From NCBI GenBank assembly GCA_031425655.1, contig JANPJS010000093.1, positions 1 to 42,079 of the forward strand: a stretch of 42,079 nt of DNA, read 5' to 3'. Source of the DNA: Abditibacteriaceae bacterium (GTDB taxonomy: Bacteria > Armatimonadota > Abditibacteriia > Abditibacteriales > Abditibacteriaceae). This document shows positions 18,018 through 27,468 of this stretch, piece after piece. Numbering within the stretch: the stretch's first letter is position 1; each line of letters begins with the position of its first letter. A program made the translations under genes and the position numbers. The notes under the pieces are model-generated. The model saw only the letters and a list, made by a program, of their open reading frames with translations. It ran no database searches and was not told the DNA's origin.

Positions 18018-19565
18018 TCAGGCGCCGGCTTTGCCGTCTAATTTATCCATTTTCGATTGCGCGATTTTGGCGTCGTCATAGTTTTTTCGCAGTTCAATCA
18101 CGCGCTGATATTTGGCTTTGGCTTCGTCTTTTTTGCCCTGCGCCGCCAAAATATCGCCCATCGCCATGTTGGCCTCGCCTTTGTTGAATTCGTAGGGATA
18201 AAACTTCTCCCACGCCTCGTAAAGGCCCAGCGCGGCGTCCATCGAGGCCTTGTCTTTCGCCATTTCATCGGCGACGGCTTTATATTGTTTGCGCGCCTCG
18301 TAATAATACGAAGGATCACCGGCACCAATCGGCACCGCAGCCAGAATTTCTTTCAACGTGGCGGCGGCCTGCACGAAATCACCTTCCTGCCGAAACACTT
18401 GCACTACGCCGACTTTCTGGCGCAGATTCAATTGCGCTTTATCGTGAGGATTCGGTAGAGTGATGCCCAATTTACCGATGTTGGCCAGCGCATCACGCGC
18501 CCCGGCGTAGTTTTTCTCTTCCAAAAACGTCGAGGCGATGGTTTCCCACGCTGAGACTTTGGTGGGAATATTCGTGGTGGCATCGCGCCATTTGCCGCCG
18601 GCCTCGCGCGCAGCAACGTAGTTTTTTTCGTGCGCGTAGGCAACGCCCGTAAATTGCCAGACATCGGCGGTGGACTCCTGACCGCCGCGCATATCGAGAA
18701 CAGCAGCCCAGATTTCGCGCGCTTTGCCGAAATTCTTTTCATCGAAATACGTCAGGCCGATTTTCATCAAAGCTTCGATGTTCGCCTTGATGGAAGCATC
18801 AGCCAAGGGCGGAATCATTTCATAGGCGGCGCGCGATAAAGCGGGTTGTTTTTGCTCGCGGAAAAAGTCGCCGGTGGTGCGATAAATGACGGCGATTTGC
18901 TCGTCTTTTAGGCTGGGAACGGCGGCCAGCTTTTTCATTACGACCTGCGCCGCCGTGCCATTATTCTGGCCCAAATAGGAAAGCGCGATGAGCCGATGCG
19001 CGACGGTATTTTGCGCTGGCGAGCCGGTATTGGCTTTCAAAAAAGCCTCAAGGCGCGTTCGTGCGTCGTCGAAGCGTTTGAGCGCTAACAGCGTTTCGCC
19101 GCCGCCGATTTGCGCCGTATTTTTCTGCGCCGGTGTCGCTTCCGCGCTATCCACCAAGCTTTGATAATTGCTCAGCGCCGTTTCGTATTGCTCGGTTTGA
19201 AACTGCGTCAGCGCCAGTCCAAGCCGCGCCGCGTTTTTCTGCACCGTCGTGGCGCCGGTTAAATCGAGCACAGCTTGAAAAGCACTCAGGCGCGCGGCGT
19301 TTTCGTTTTTCGGATCGTCGCTTTTAGCTCGCAGCGGCGTGCTATTGCCGAGGCCGAGTTGCGCTTCGGCTTTTTGCTCATCGCTTTGCGCTTTTTCCAG
19401 CGCCTTTTTGTAATAACCCTGCGCGGCGCCCGGATTCTTGGTGTCAAATGAGCGCGCCTGATTGATGAAATTTTTAAATTCCGCGTCCGGCGCGGGAGCC
19501 GGGTTTTGCGCGAAAACCGTGTTAGCGCCGAAAAAGAGCGCGCTCAAAAATAGGATTCTGTTCAT
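18018..19565 (-). CDS. Exported tetratricopeptide repeat protein
   Basis: Signal peptide and degenerate TPR units (A...LG..Y......A...Y). Confidence 0.8.
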   Translation of the reverse strand: MNRILFLSALFFGANTVFAQNPAPAPDAEFKNFINQARSFDTKNPGAAQGYYKKALEKAQSDEQKAEAQLGLGNSTPLRAKSDDPKNENAARLSAFQAVLDLTGATTVQKNAARLGLALTQFQTEQYETALSNYQSLVDSAEATPAQKNTAQIGGGETLLALKRFDDARTRLEAFLKANTGSPAQNTVAHRLIALSYLGQNNGTAAQVVMKKLAAVPSLKDEQIAVIYRTTGDFFREQKQPALSRAAYEMIPPLADASIKANIEALMKIGLTYFDEKNFGKAREIWAAVLDMRGGQESTADVWQFTGVAYAHEKNYVAAREAGGKWRDATTNIPTKVSAWETIASTFLEEKNYAGARDALANIGKLGITLPNPHDKAQLNLRQKVGVVQVFRQEGDFVQAAATLKEILAAVPIGAGDPSYYYEARKQYKAVADEMAKDKASMDAALGLYEAWEKFYPYEFNKGEANMAMGDILAAQGKKDEAKAKYQRVIELRKNYDDAKIAQSKMDKLDGKAGA

Positions 19566-19591
19566 GGTATCTCCGCTGCAAAGCCTCCAAG

Positions 19592-21157
19592 CTAAAAATC
19601 CCCGTCGTCATCGTCGAACGGGACTGGAACACGAACAGTAGTTGGCGCCGGCGTCGGTGCGGTTTTCTGTTCCAGTTCCTTCGCTTTTTTGTCGTCGGCC
19701 TCGGCCAAATCGTTTTTGTTTTGCTTGCGAAAAGCAATAGCCCGATTGCGATAGGCTCTGGCGTAATCCGCTTGCAAAGCAATCGCCTGCCTGTAGTCCG
19801 CGATGGCTTTGTCCCAGTCTTCTTTGTTGGCGAAGATCACACCGCGATTGTTATAAGCGTTGGCGTCTTTAGGATCAATTTTGATCGCTTGTTCGTAGTC
19901 CGCCATCGCCTTATCCCATTCTTTTTTGTTGTTGTAAGCGTTGCCGCGATTGACGAAAAACGTGTTGTATTTGGGATTAATTTCAATGGCTTTGGTGTAA
20001 TATGCAATCGCCTTGTCGTTGTCGCCGTTGTTCAAATGGGTCAGCGCGCGATTGGCATACGGCCACACGTATTTTGCATCCAAAGCGATAGCCTTGTCGT
20101 AGTTGCCAATCGCCTGAGCAGTTTGCTTCAATGCGCGATAAGCGTTACCCCGCGCGTTGTAGGCAGAAGTATGTTTTTCGTTAAGAACGAGAGCATAATC
20201 GTAATCACGAAGGGCTTTTTCGTAGTCTTGTTTGTTCGCCGACATGGTGCCTCGGTCGTAATAAGCTTCGGCGTCTTTCGGATTGAGTTTCAAGGCTCCG
20301 GTGTAATCGGCGATAGCTTTGTCGTAATCCCGCTTGTCGCTGTAAATCCCGGCGCGGCCCAGCAACGCCTGACGCAACGGTTCGGGTTCCCATTGAAAAG
20401 CGTCGGCGTGCTTGATGATCTCGCTGTAATCACGAAGAAGCTCTTCGGAATAGTTTTTATTCAGCAAAATCTCGGCAGTTTCTAATAATTCAGCCCGTTT
20501 ATTAAAGGCCACGACGCGCTGCGGCTGCAATTCGATAAAGCGATTGTAATCGGCAATCGCTTCGTCGTATTTGCCGGTAAGTCCGTAAATATCGCCGCGT
20601 TTTTCATAAGCCAACGCACTTTGCGGATCGAGTTTGATCGCTTGCGAATAATCGCCGATGGCATCGCCGTAAAAGCCGCGCACATCGAAATAGAGGCCGC
20701 GTTCGTAAAACTCTTTGGCGGTGTTCGGCTTGGCTTTTTCCAGAAAACGCTTGGCGCCGGCCTTCTTTTCGGCTTCGGCCTGCGTTTTATTGCCCTGCGA
20801 TTCATAAATCATCGCGCGGCGAAAATAAACCAGATATTCCCACGCATCGAGTTGCAAAGCTTTGTTAAAATCGGCCAACGCGGCCTCGTAATTTTTCTTG
20901 GCCGCTTGCGCCGTGCCGCGCATCAGATAAGCGGTCGCGTTCTCCGCGCGCTTATTGATGGATTCGCTGAAATCGGCGATGGCTTTATCGTAGTTTTTGG
21001 CGCGCAAAAACTCGTTACCGCGCTGGAAAAATTCGTCCGATGTTTGCGGCGTCGTGCCCTGCGCGCTGGTTGCAACCGACATTCCTGCCAGCAAAATCGC
21101 TACGAAAAACCAATGCGCCGCCACACGGCAGCATTCTTTAAAATGAGTGTTCCGCAC
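19592..21157 (-). CDS. Exported tetratricopeptide repeat protein
   Basis: About 12 canonical repeats of AY.NRG.....YDKAIADY..AI.L.P, with a signal-like N-terminus. Confidence 0.92.
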   Translation of the reverse strand: MRNTHFKECCRVAAHWFFVAILLAGMSVATSAQGTTPQTSDEFFQRGNEFLRAKNYDKAIADFSESINKRAENATAYLMRGTAQAAKKNYEAALADFNKALQLDAWEYLVYFRRAMIYESQGNKTQAEAEKKAGAKRFLEKAKPNTAKEFYERGLYFDVRGFYGDAIGDYSQAIKLDPQSALAYEKRGDIYGLTGKYDEAIADYNRFIELQPQRVVAFNKRAELLETAEILLNKNYSEELLRDYSEIIKHADAFQWEPEPLRQALLGRAGIYSDKRDYDKAIADYTGALKLNPKDAEAYYDRGTMSANKQDYEKALRDYDYALVLNEKHTSAYNARGNAYRALKQTAQAIGNYDKAIALDAKYVWPYANRALTHLNNGDNDKAIAYYTKAIEINPKYNTFFVNRGNAYNNKKEWDKAMADYEQAIKIDPKDANAYNNRGVIFANKEDWDKAIADYRQAIALQADYARAYRNRAIAFRKQNKNDLAEADDKKAKELEQKTAPTPAPTTVRVPVPFDDDDGDF

Positions 21158-21221
21158 TTTGTCACCTGTTCGCTGAAGTTTTACCCGTGGTGAAACAGCC
21201 GTTCATCAATCATTCAGGGTT

Positions 21222-22835
21222 TCAGTCCGTTTTGCGAATTTCCACGCCCGAATAATAATGCTGCAAGATGCGTTGGGCGTTCCAGCCTTCCAGCGCGTGA
21301 TTTTGCGCGCCGCGTTGGCACATTCCTACTCCGTGTCCCCAGCCGGCGCCTTTGAGAATCCAGCCGGCTACGGCGCCGTTTTCGTCTTTTTGCGCCAACG
21401 CCACAAACGTCGAGGACGGCAGCGCGGTCGTCGAACCCAAACGGCCCGTAAGCATTCCGCGAATTTGCGAATCGCCTTGAAGAACGACGGAGACTGGGGG
21501 CTGGGGGCTGGGGGCTGGAAGTTGATTGGTAGCCGCTGATTGTTGACCAAAAATCGCCAACTTCTTAATATGCCCCGATATTGAACGGTCAAGCACGCGA
21601 ATTTCCGTTACGGTGTCCATTTTGACTTTGAGCGCGGCTTGTGAGGAAAGCGCTTGCGCCAAATTTTTTGGCTCGACAAAGCGGCTCCAGCGGTAGAATT
21701 CCGGCAAATCGTCGGATTGAAAAAGCTGAGCGGTGCGGCGTGACGTCGCGCGGCGCGAGGCGAGTTGTTGTCTCTGTCCGGTGTTCGGCTGCGCGTAGGC
21801 CGGCAGATTTTGCGAGCAATAGGCCGCCCAATCGTCCTCGCTCATGGCCGATTTTACGAGCGCGGCCATCGTGGTGTGCAATTTGGGCGAAAAATCGCGC
21901 ACGCCGCGCAAATACGGCGTCGGTTTGCCTTTCCAAACGTCGTCGTCCGAGGCTGTAATTCCGCCGCTGTTAGTGCCGTAAACCGCGTCGGCCACGCGGC
22001 CTTTGTAAAGCAAAACCATGCCTGCCGTTTGCTCGACGGCGCGCGATGAAGCCGGCTTTTCGTTGGCCGCGCCGGGATAACCCTGGCAATGATCGAAGTC
22101 GCAAACATCGAAGCCTTCGGCGCTGTGACGACGCCCGGCCATCTTCGCCAGCAGGTTGGAGCGAGCGCAAATCGCCTGCGCTTTGAGGGCTTCAATCGGT
22201 GCCGTTGGAGACATCTCCCACGGCACCACGCCGCGCAGGTAATCTTCGAGCGCCACCACATTCACGGCGCGGCGCGGCATGATTTCCAGCGCGCCGCGAT
22301 ATGGCCGGCCCCAACGCGGATTGGCGCCGTCATTCGTCAGGCGCACGAATTCCTCGCTGTTGCCGGCACGCTGCACCAGAGCGCATTGCCACGCACCGGA
22401 CGCGCCGGACGAAGTGCGAATTTGCAGCGGCCCGCTCCAGAATTGCCCAACTTGTCCCGGAATGGCAAGGCGCGCCACGGCGCCGGATGCGAAAGTCACT
22501 TTGTCTTCGGCTTTTACATTTAATACGCGGCCCGGCTGCCCGGCGTCGGTGATAATAAGCGGCTGCTTCGACCAAATGGCGAAAGCTCCACTTTTCGCCG
22601 TCAGCCCAACGCGAATGGCATTTTCCGCCGGTTTGGGCAGCGTCGGCGAAGGCGGCGGCGTGGCTTTTTGCAATTCCGGCAACAGCGCGATTTGAGGTGT
22701 TGCGGGCGCGGACGGCGGCTGCGACGGCGCGAGCAAAGCCAACGCTGAAAACAGCACGACCGGCACTAACCACAAAGGAGAAACCCGAATTTGCGACGAT
22801 AACGGGCGCGCACAGGGCTGCGAGGAAAACGTCAT
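21222..22835 (-). CDS. SpoIID/LytB domain protein (peptidoglycan lytic transglycosylase-like)
   Basis: YRG.LE, VN.V.LEDYL.GVVP.EM, EALKAQA..AR, CD..HCQ.Y, and G.GWGHGVGMCQ.GA...A..GW....IL.HYY. Confidence 0.92.
   Translation of the reverse strand: MTFSSQPCARPLSSQIRVSPLWLVPVVLFSALALLAPSQPPSAPATPQIALLPELQKATPPPSPTLPKPAENAIRVGLTAKSGAFAIWSKQPLIITDAGQPGRVLNVKAEDKVTFASGAVARLAIPGQVGQFWSGPLQIRTSSGASGAWQCALVQRAGNSEEFVRLTNDGANPRWGRPYRGALEIMPRRAVNVVALEDYLRGVVPWEMSPTAPIEALKAQAICARSNLLAKMAGRRHSAEGFDVCDFDHCQGYPGAANEKPASSRAVEQTAGMVLLYKGRVADAVYGTNSGGITASDDDVWKGKPTPYLRGVRDFSPKLHTTMAALVKSAMSEDDWAAYCSQNLPAYAQPNTGQRQQLASRRATSRRTAQLFQSDDLPEFYRWSRFVEPKNLAQALSSQAALKVKMDTVTEIRVLDRSISGHIKKLAIFGQQSAATNQLPAPSPQPPVSVVLQGDSQIRGMLTGRLGSTTALPSSTFVALAQKDENGAVAGWILKGAGWGHGVGMCQRGAQNHALEGWNAQRILQHYYSGVEIRKTD
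21492..21548. repeat. In-frame heptamer array inside the SpoIID gene
   Basis: (G)CTGGGGG repeated 3 times plus degenerate units, encoding QQSAATNQLPAPSPQPPV. Confidence 0.7.
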
Positions 22836-22939
22836 GGTGTGGTGGCTCCGTTGAATTGGCTTTCAACTCAATACGCAGAGAAAGCGTTGCGATTATTTTA
22901 TCACGCAGGCAGAGCGCGGCGCGATTTCACTGATTTTGA

Positions 22940-23169
22940 CTCACGGCGCGGTTAGGCTGTAGTAAGCAGTGTAAAGAGCGGCTTCGCCGCTCGAAGGAAC
23001 CCCCAACCCCCTTGGTAAGGGGGCTTATGGCCTTACGGGTTGGAAAAGGAATAGCGCTTTTCTTCTCCAACCAGGCACGCGATAGCCCCCTTACCAAGGG
23101 GGTTGGGGGTTCCTTCGAGCGGCGAAGCCGCTCTTGTCCCCATCTACCATAAGGACGCCGCGTAACATG
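22940..23169. mobile_element. MITE-like element A (52-bp perfect inner palindrome, degenerate outer termini)
   Basis: 22974-23025 is the exact reverse complement of 23084-23135. On both sides CGCGG lies exactly 22 nt outside the inner arm, with TRTRGTAR in between. Confidence 0.75.
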
Positions 23170-23171
23170 GC

Positions 23172-23597
23172 TTACGGCGAAACCGGGCCGAAAAGTTTGA
23201 AGGCTAATGCGCGGCCCAATAAAATCGCGCCGAAACCGAGCAGCAGGTTGCCGCCGATGTAAGTCGCCGCCGCTAATCCGTTGCCGGATGACAGCAGTTT
23301 TTCGGATTCAAATTCAAAGGTTGAAAACGTGGTAAAGGCGCCTAAAAAGCCGGTGCCCAGCACTAATTGCCATTCGGGTTTAAGCACCTGCTGCGCCACT
23401 AAAGTCACTAAAAAGGCCAGAAAAAACGTGCCCAGCACGTTGATGACAAGCGTGCCCAGCGGAAATTCCGGCCCCAACCGCACGCCGATAAAGCCGCGCC
23501 CATCGCGTCCGGCCACCCAATTTTGGATGGCCAACGTGAGGCCGTAGCGCGCCAAAGCGCCGAAGGCGCCGGCTAACATTAATCCGAAGATTTTCAT
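23172..23597 (-). CDS. crcB: Fluoride efflux channel CrcB/FluC
   Basis: GA.GALARY, FP.GTL..NV.G.F, TGFLGAFTTFSTF..E. Confidence 0.95.
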   Translation of the reverse strand: MKIFGLMLAGAFGALARYGLTLAIQNWVAGRDGRGFIGVRLGPEFPLGTLVINVLGTFFLAFLVTLVAQQVLKPEWQLVLGTGFLGAFTTFSTFEFESEKLLSSGNGLAAATYIGGNLLLGFGAILLGRALAFKLFGPVSP

Positions 23598-23599
23598 GC

Positions 23600-24694
23600 T
23601 TATTTGCGTTTCGCGGGCGTTTTCGGGAGAGTTTTAGCGGGCGTTTTTGCGGGTGTTTTCGGCGCGGCTTTGGCGAAGCTCGAATACACGATTTTTTCGT
23701 TATCGAGGACGAATTCCATGCTGGCAAAAGGAATCGTGAAGCGCCCCGAATCTATTGGCGCGTTCATGGAAACAGACGCCGGCTCAACGATTATCAAGCC
23801 TGTGCCCGCGATTTTCCCGGTCTTGCCTTGATTGCCGTTTCCAGAAATCTCGACACGCAGAGGCAGGGCCGGCCCGCCGTTTTCTCCGGCGCGCAGTTGC
23901 GTAATTTTGATTTCGCCGATGATCTCCTGCGTCTTGTTGTTGATGTTCCGCACGCGCAGCGGCAGGCTGCTCACCTCGTCCAAGAAAACTTCTATGCGCT
24001 CGTCGCCGTTTGTGCCCGCAGCGTCCGTTTTAGGAGTAATCGTGACGGCGAAACCGCTGTGGCCTTCCCAGTTGTCCGCCGTCACTTTGGTGATGCGCTG
24101 CTGCGCATCGGCCCAGAATTCGGCTTTTTGCAGCGTTGGAAATGGGACCGAAGTCACTTCGTCCGAAACGAAGATGAAAGGCATGGCTAACGTCAGGTGA
24201 AAGTTGGTGCGCGTGGTCGGGTCGTCGGAGAAGGGTTTGGCCGCGAGAAGCATCAGTTTGCGCGCCGGATGGCCGTCAACCATTTCAGGCTTGGGATTTT
24301 GCACTGCCATTTGATACTTTTTGCCGTCGTAAGCCATCGCGACCACTTGAAACGCTTCTTTTTCCGATTCGCGCACTTGCATTTCGCGGTAAAACCACGG
24401 CGAGGCGTTGGCAAAACGAATTTTGATGTCGCTGACCAAACGCGGCGCGGCGCGCGGCAGTTTCGCGTCCTTTTCCCACAACTGCATTTGCGCGTTGTAT
24501 GTCCACAATCGCAGGTTTTGCAGAGACTGAAAATAAGCACGCCAGCGTTCGGTGATTTGCGCCGCGTCGGGCACCGCGCTTTGCACAGCCGGAGCCGTGG
24601 CGGGTGTCGCGGCGGGCGTTTCATCGGCACACAGCGGCGCGGCGCAAAGCAACGCGGGAATGAGACAAATGCGGAAAGAAAGGCGGATGGTCAT
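23600..24694 (-). CDS. Hypothetical exported protein (possible LolA-like fold) with C-terminal PAKT repeats
   Basis: Signal peptide, AAGGAG RBS, beta-rich body ending ..NAPIDSGRFTIP, and tail PKTPAKTPAKTLPKTPAKRK. Confidence 0.7.
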   Translation of the reverse strand: MTIRLSFRICLIPALLCAAPLCADETPAATPATAPAVQSAVPDAAQITERWRAYFQSLQNLRLWTYNAQMQLWEKDAKLPRAAPRLVSDIKIRFANASPWFYREMQVRESEKEAFQVVAMAYDGKKYQMAVQNPKPEMVDGHPARKLMLLAAKPFSDDPTTRTNFHLTLAMPFIFVSDEVTSVPFPTLQKAEFWADAQQRITKVTADNWEGHSGFAVTITPKTDAAGTNGDERIEVFLDEVSSLPLRVRNINNKTQEIIGEIKITQLRAGENGGPALPLRVEISGNGNQGKTGKIAGTGLIIVEPASVSMNAPIDSGRFTIPFASMEFVLDNEKIVYSSFAKAAPKTPAKTPAKTLPKTPAKRK

Positions 24695-24715
24695 CGAATC
24701 TCCTTAACAACGGAG

Positions 24716-24745
24716 ATTATACCCCTCGCACCGTTGCGCTATAAT
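24716..24745. promoter_or_regulatory. Back-to-back divergent -10 boxes
   Basis: TATAAT on minus (24716-24721) and TATAAT on plus (24740-24745), each upstream of an AAGGAG RBS. Confidence 0.5.
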
Positions 24746-24767
24746 GGCTTTTACGAAGGAGTAAGTC

Positions 24768-26369
24768 ATGCACATACACATTTTCGTCCTCATTTTGGCG
24801 GCCATTTTATGCAACACGCCGCTGCGCGCGGCAGACGGCGGCAATCTCAGCGGCACTTACTCAATGGCGGGTGCCAAAGGCGCGATTACCTTGATTTTGC
24901 AGGCCGGCGCGGATGGCACTCTAACCGGCAGCCTCAACGGTGGCGCACTGCAAGCGACTTTGAAAGGATTTCCTGCTGAAACCGGCGCCATTTTAGGCAC
25001 GCTGACCGGCGCGGACGGCAAATTTCTCTCGTATTTTCAAGTCGCGCGCGAAGGCGACAAAGTGCAATTCGATTTGGTGCAAGCCAACGCCGACGGCGAC
25101 CCGGATTTCACCAAGAAATCGCGTCTGACCTTCCCCGCCGGCGGCGCGAAAATCGAAGCGCCCAAGTCGGAAACGCCAAAACCAGCGCCTGCTTCCGCCA
25201 ATTTTGCCGGCACTTTCAAAGACGACACGCTGACCTTAGAAAGCAAAGCCGAAGGCGCCGGATACAGCGGCGCGATTAAGTTGGCGGGGCAGAATTTCAA
25301 ATTCACCGCTGTAGCAAAAGAAGGCACACTGCGCGGCGATTTTGAGTCGCCGGACGGCAAGTTTCCCTTCGAGGCCAGCTTAGAGGGCCGCGTCCTGAAA
25401 TTCGTCACCGAAGGCACGACTTATACGCTGACCAAACAAGGAAATCCGTTGGCCAAGCCAACGAACACAGCGCCAAATCCGCTCTCGAAACCCGTTGGCG
25501 CGCAGCCCGATACAACGCCGGTCGTGGCGCTGCCCGGCAAAAGCAACGACGGCAAAACGGCATGGAAAATTTACAAGCACGCGACGGGTTTGAGCGTGCG
25601 CTATCCGCCCGATTGGAAAGTGATCGTGCAAAGCGGCATCGGCGTGCTGACGCCGCCTAATCCGGCGCAAAACGCCAACGGCCCAATGGAGATTTATCTT
25701 CTGATGGCGGAAGCGGCCAACGGCGTGACCAGCATAGACGACCCGCGCGTGACGCCTTATATCGAAGGCCAGATGCAGCAACTCGCGCCGTTTTTGCAGC
25801 GCGTAGGCGAAACGCAAAAGGTATCGGACGGCGCCACTCCGGGCCTGTTGTTCTCGTGGGATGGCACCAATCCTCTGGGCCTGAAAGTGCGCGCCAATGT
25901 GATGGCGACGGTTCTCAAAGGCTTTTCGGTCGCGCTGTTGGCGATGGGCGACAAAGACAAAATCGCGGCGCGCCAAACCGTGCTGAACGACGTGTTTTCC
26001 AGCCTCGCGGCGGGCGCCGGCGAACGCGATGCGCAGCTTGTTGGTCAATGGAAATTCTGGAGTTACATCAGCAGCGCGGGCGGCAAATCCGGCACGGAAA
26101 CTACGCGCCGTTTTCGCTTTTTGGCGGACGGCACTTGTCTCTGGCAAAGCACCGGCGAAAGCAGTCGCAGTGTGGAATCGGGCAGTTTGACCAGTCAGAG
26201 CAGCAACGGCGACACGGGCCAGTGGACTGCCGCGAACGGTCAGCTTTTCGTGCTGTGGGCCGATGGCAGCGCCGGCACTTGGCAATATGAGTTACGCACT
26301 ACGGAAAACGGCAAGCGCCTATTCCTCAAAAGCGACAACAAAGCCGACGAATGGGTGCCGGAAGATTGA
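24768..26369 (+). CDS. Hypothetical exported multidomain protein (PsbP-like middle, lipocalin-like C-terminus)
   Basis: AAGGAG RBS, signal peptide, WKIYKH..GLSVRYPPDW and LVGQW motifs. Domain calls are by eye. Confidence 0.7.
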   Translation: MHIHIFVLILAAILCNTPLRAADGGNLSGTYSMAGAKGAITLILQAGADGTLTGSLNGGALQATLKGFPAETGAILGTLTGADGKFLSYFQVAREGDKVQFDLVQANADGDPDFTKKSRLTFPAGGAKIEAPKSETPKPAPASANFAGTFKDDTLTLESKAEGAGYSGAIKLAGQNFKFTAVAKEGTLRGDFESPDGKFPFEASLEGRVLKFVTEGTTYTLTKQGNPLAKPTNTAPNPLSKPVGAQPDTTPVVALPGKSNDGKTAWKIYKHATGLSVRYPPDWKVIVQSGIGVLTPPNPAQNANGPMEIYLLMAEAANGVTSIDDPRVTPYIEGQMQQLAPFLQRVGETQKVSDGATPGLLFSWDGTNPLGLKVRANVMATVLKGFSVALLAMGDKDKIAARQTVLNDVFSSLAAGAGERDAQLVGQWKFWSYISSAGGKSGTETTRRFRFLADGTCLWQSTGESSRSVESGSLTSQSSNGDTGQWTAANGQLFVLWADGSAGTWQYELRTTENGKRLFLKSDNKADEWVPED

Positions 26370-26394
26370 GTCATTAGGCTGACGCAGCCGCAGC

Positions 26395-26472
26395 AGAGCG
26401 GGGCTATCGCCCTCTTCCAAGCGAGAAAGATTCCCCTTGATGAAGTTTGGAAGAAGGCGTCAGCCCCGCTCT
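26395..26472. repeat. REP-like palindrome (same family as 34403-34474)
   Basis: AGAGCGGGGCTATCGCCCTCTTCCAA ... TTGGAAGAAGGCGTCAGCCCCGCTCT between convergent genes. Confidence 0.85.
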
Positions 26473-26480
26473 AAACGACT

Positions 26481-27182
26481 TTAAAACAAACTGCCTTGCT
26501 CATTCAATCGCTCAACGGCTTCAAGACAGGTTTCGTCGTCGTGTTGAGGCGCGTTGACGTAGCGCGAAACGGCATACGCTTCCATCGCTTCGGATGGATA
26601 TGCTTGCAGCATCGCCAATATCGCGTCGGTGTCCTTCAGTTCGGGGTCGAGCCACGCGGCTTCGTCTTCAGCGCGCAAAATCGCCGGCATTCGATTGTGA
26701 ATCGGAGCCATTAATTCGTTGGGTGGCACGGTGATAATCGCGCAGGTGCGCAGCGGGCTGCCATCGGGCGCTTCCCATTCTTCCCACAAGCCCGCGAAGC
26801 CAAAAAGTTCGCCGTCGCGCCGCCGAATGTGATGCGGAACGCGCCCGCCGGATTCCGCTTTCCATTCGTAAAAGCCGTCGCCCGGCAAAATGCAGCGGCG
26901 GCGTTTGAGTGCCTGCTTATAAGACGGCTTTTCCGCGATGGTTTCGGCTCGCGCGTTGATTAAACGATTGCCGATTTCGGGGTCCTTGGCCCAAAAAGGC
27001 ACCAAACCCCATTTCATGGCTTCCATCCAGCGCACGCCCGGCGTCGGGCTGTTGGCTACCACCGGAACGGCCTGCGCCGGCGCGACATTATAGCGCGCTT
27101 CAAGTGGAAACAGCACTTGCTGAACCGCGAATCGCTCGGCGACCTGCTCGGTGGAATGATGAAGCGTAAATCGTCCGCACAT
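26481..27182 (-). CDS. SOS response-associated peptidase (SRAP/YedK/HMCES family, abasic-site protection)
   Basis: N-terminal MCGRF, YNVAP, WGLVPFW, INARAET, RRC.....GFYEW, IHNRMP.IL. Confidence 0.95.
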   Translation of the reverse strand: MCGRFTLHHSTEQVAERFAVQQVLFPLEARYNVAPAQAVPVVANSPTPGVRWMEAMKWGLVPFWAKDPEIGNRLINARAETIAEKPSYKQALKRRRCILPGDGFYEWKAESGGRVPHHIRRRDGELFGFAGLWEEWEAPDGSPLRTCAIITVPPNELMAPIHNRMPAILRAEDEAAWLDPELKDTDAILAMLQAYPSEAMEAYAVSRYVNAPQHDDETCLEAVERLNEQGSLF

Positions 27183-27221
27183 GATGAGAATTTAGAAGTT
27201 AGAATGAAGAAAATCGAAGCC

Positions 27222-27463
27222 TCCCCTTACGCAGTCTGGCCGGTTTAAACGGGAAGACGGAAAGAACGGGAAGACGGAAAGTGTTGGGAGTTGACGAGGC
27301 GAAAAAGCGGCTTAAACACAGCGCTCATCCAATATCCAAGCGCAAACCCAACAGATAATGTGGATTTCCGCCCCTCCAATGCACTCAAATTTCTTCCCGC
27401 CTTCCCGTTCTTTCCGCCTCCCCGTTGAAAAACCACGGATGCATAGCACGCTGCGTAAGGTGA
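27222..27463. mobile_element. MITE-like element B (TCMCCTTACGCAG termini, 17-nt repeat core)
   Basis: Ends are TCCCCTTACGCAG / CTGCGTAAGGTGA. The core is (AACGGGAAGACGGAAAG)x2 at 27248-27281 with a near-complementary copy at 27393-27426. Confidence 0.8.
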
Positions 27464-27468
27464 CTTAC

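Noticed and set aside
27248..27426. Possible CRISPR array from 17-nt direct repeats
   Set aside because: Only two abutting units with no spacers, plus an inverted copy. No cas genes are present.
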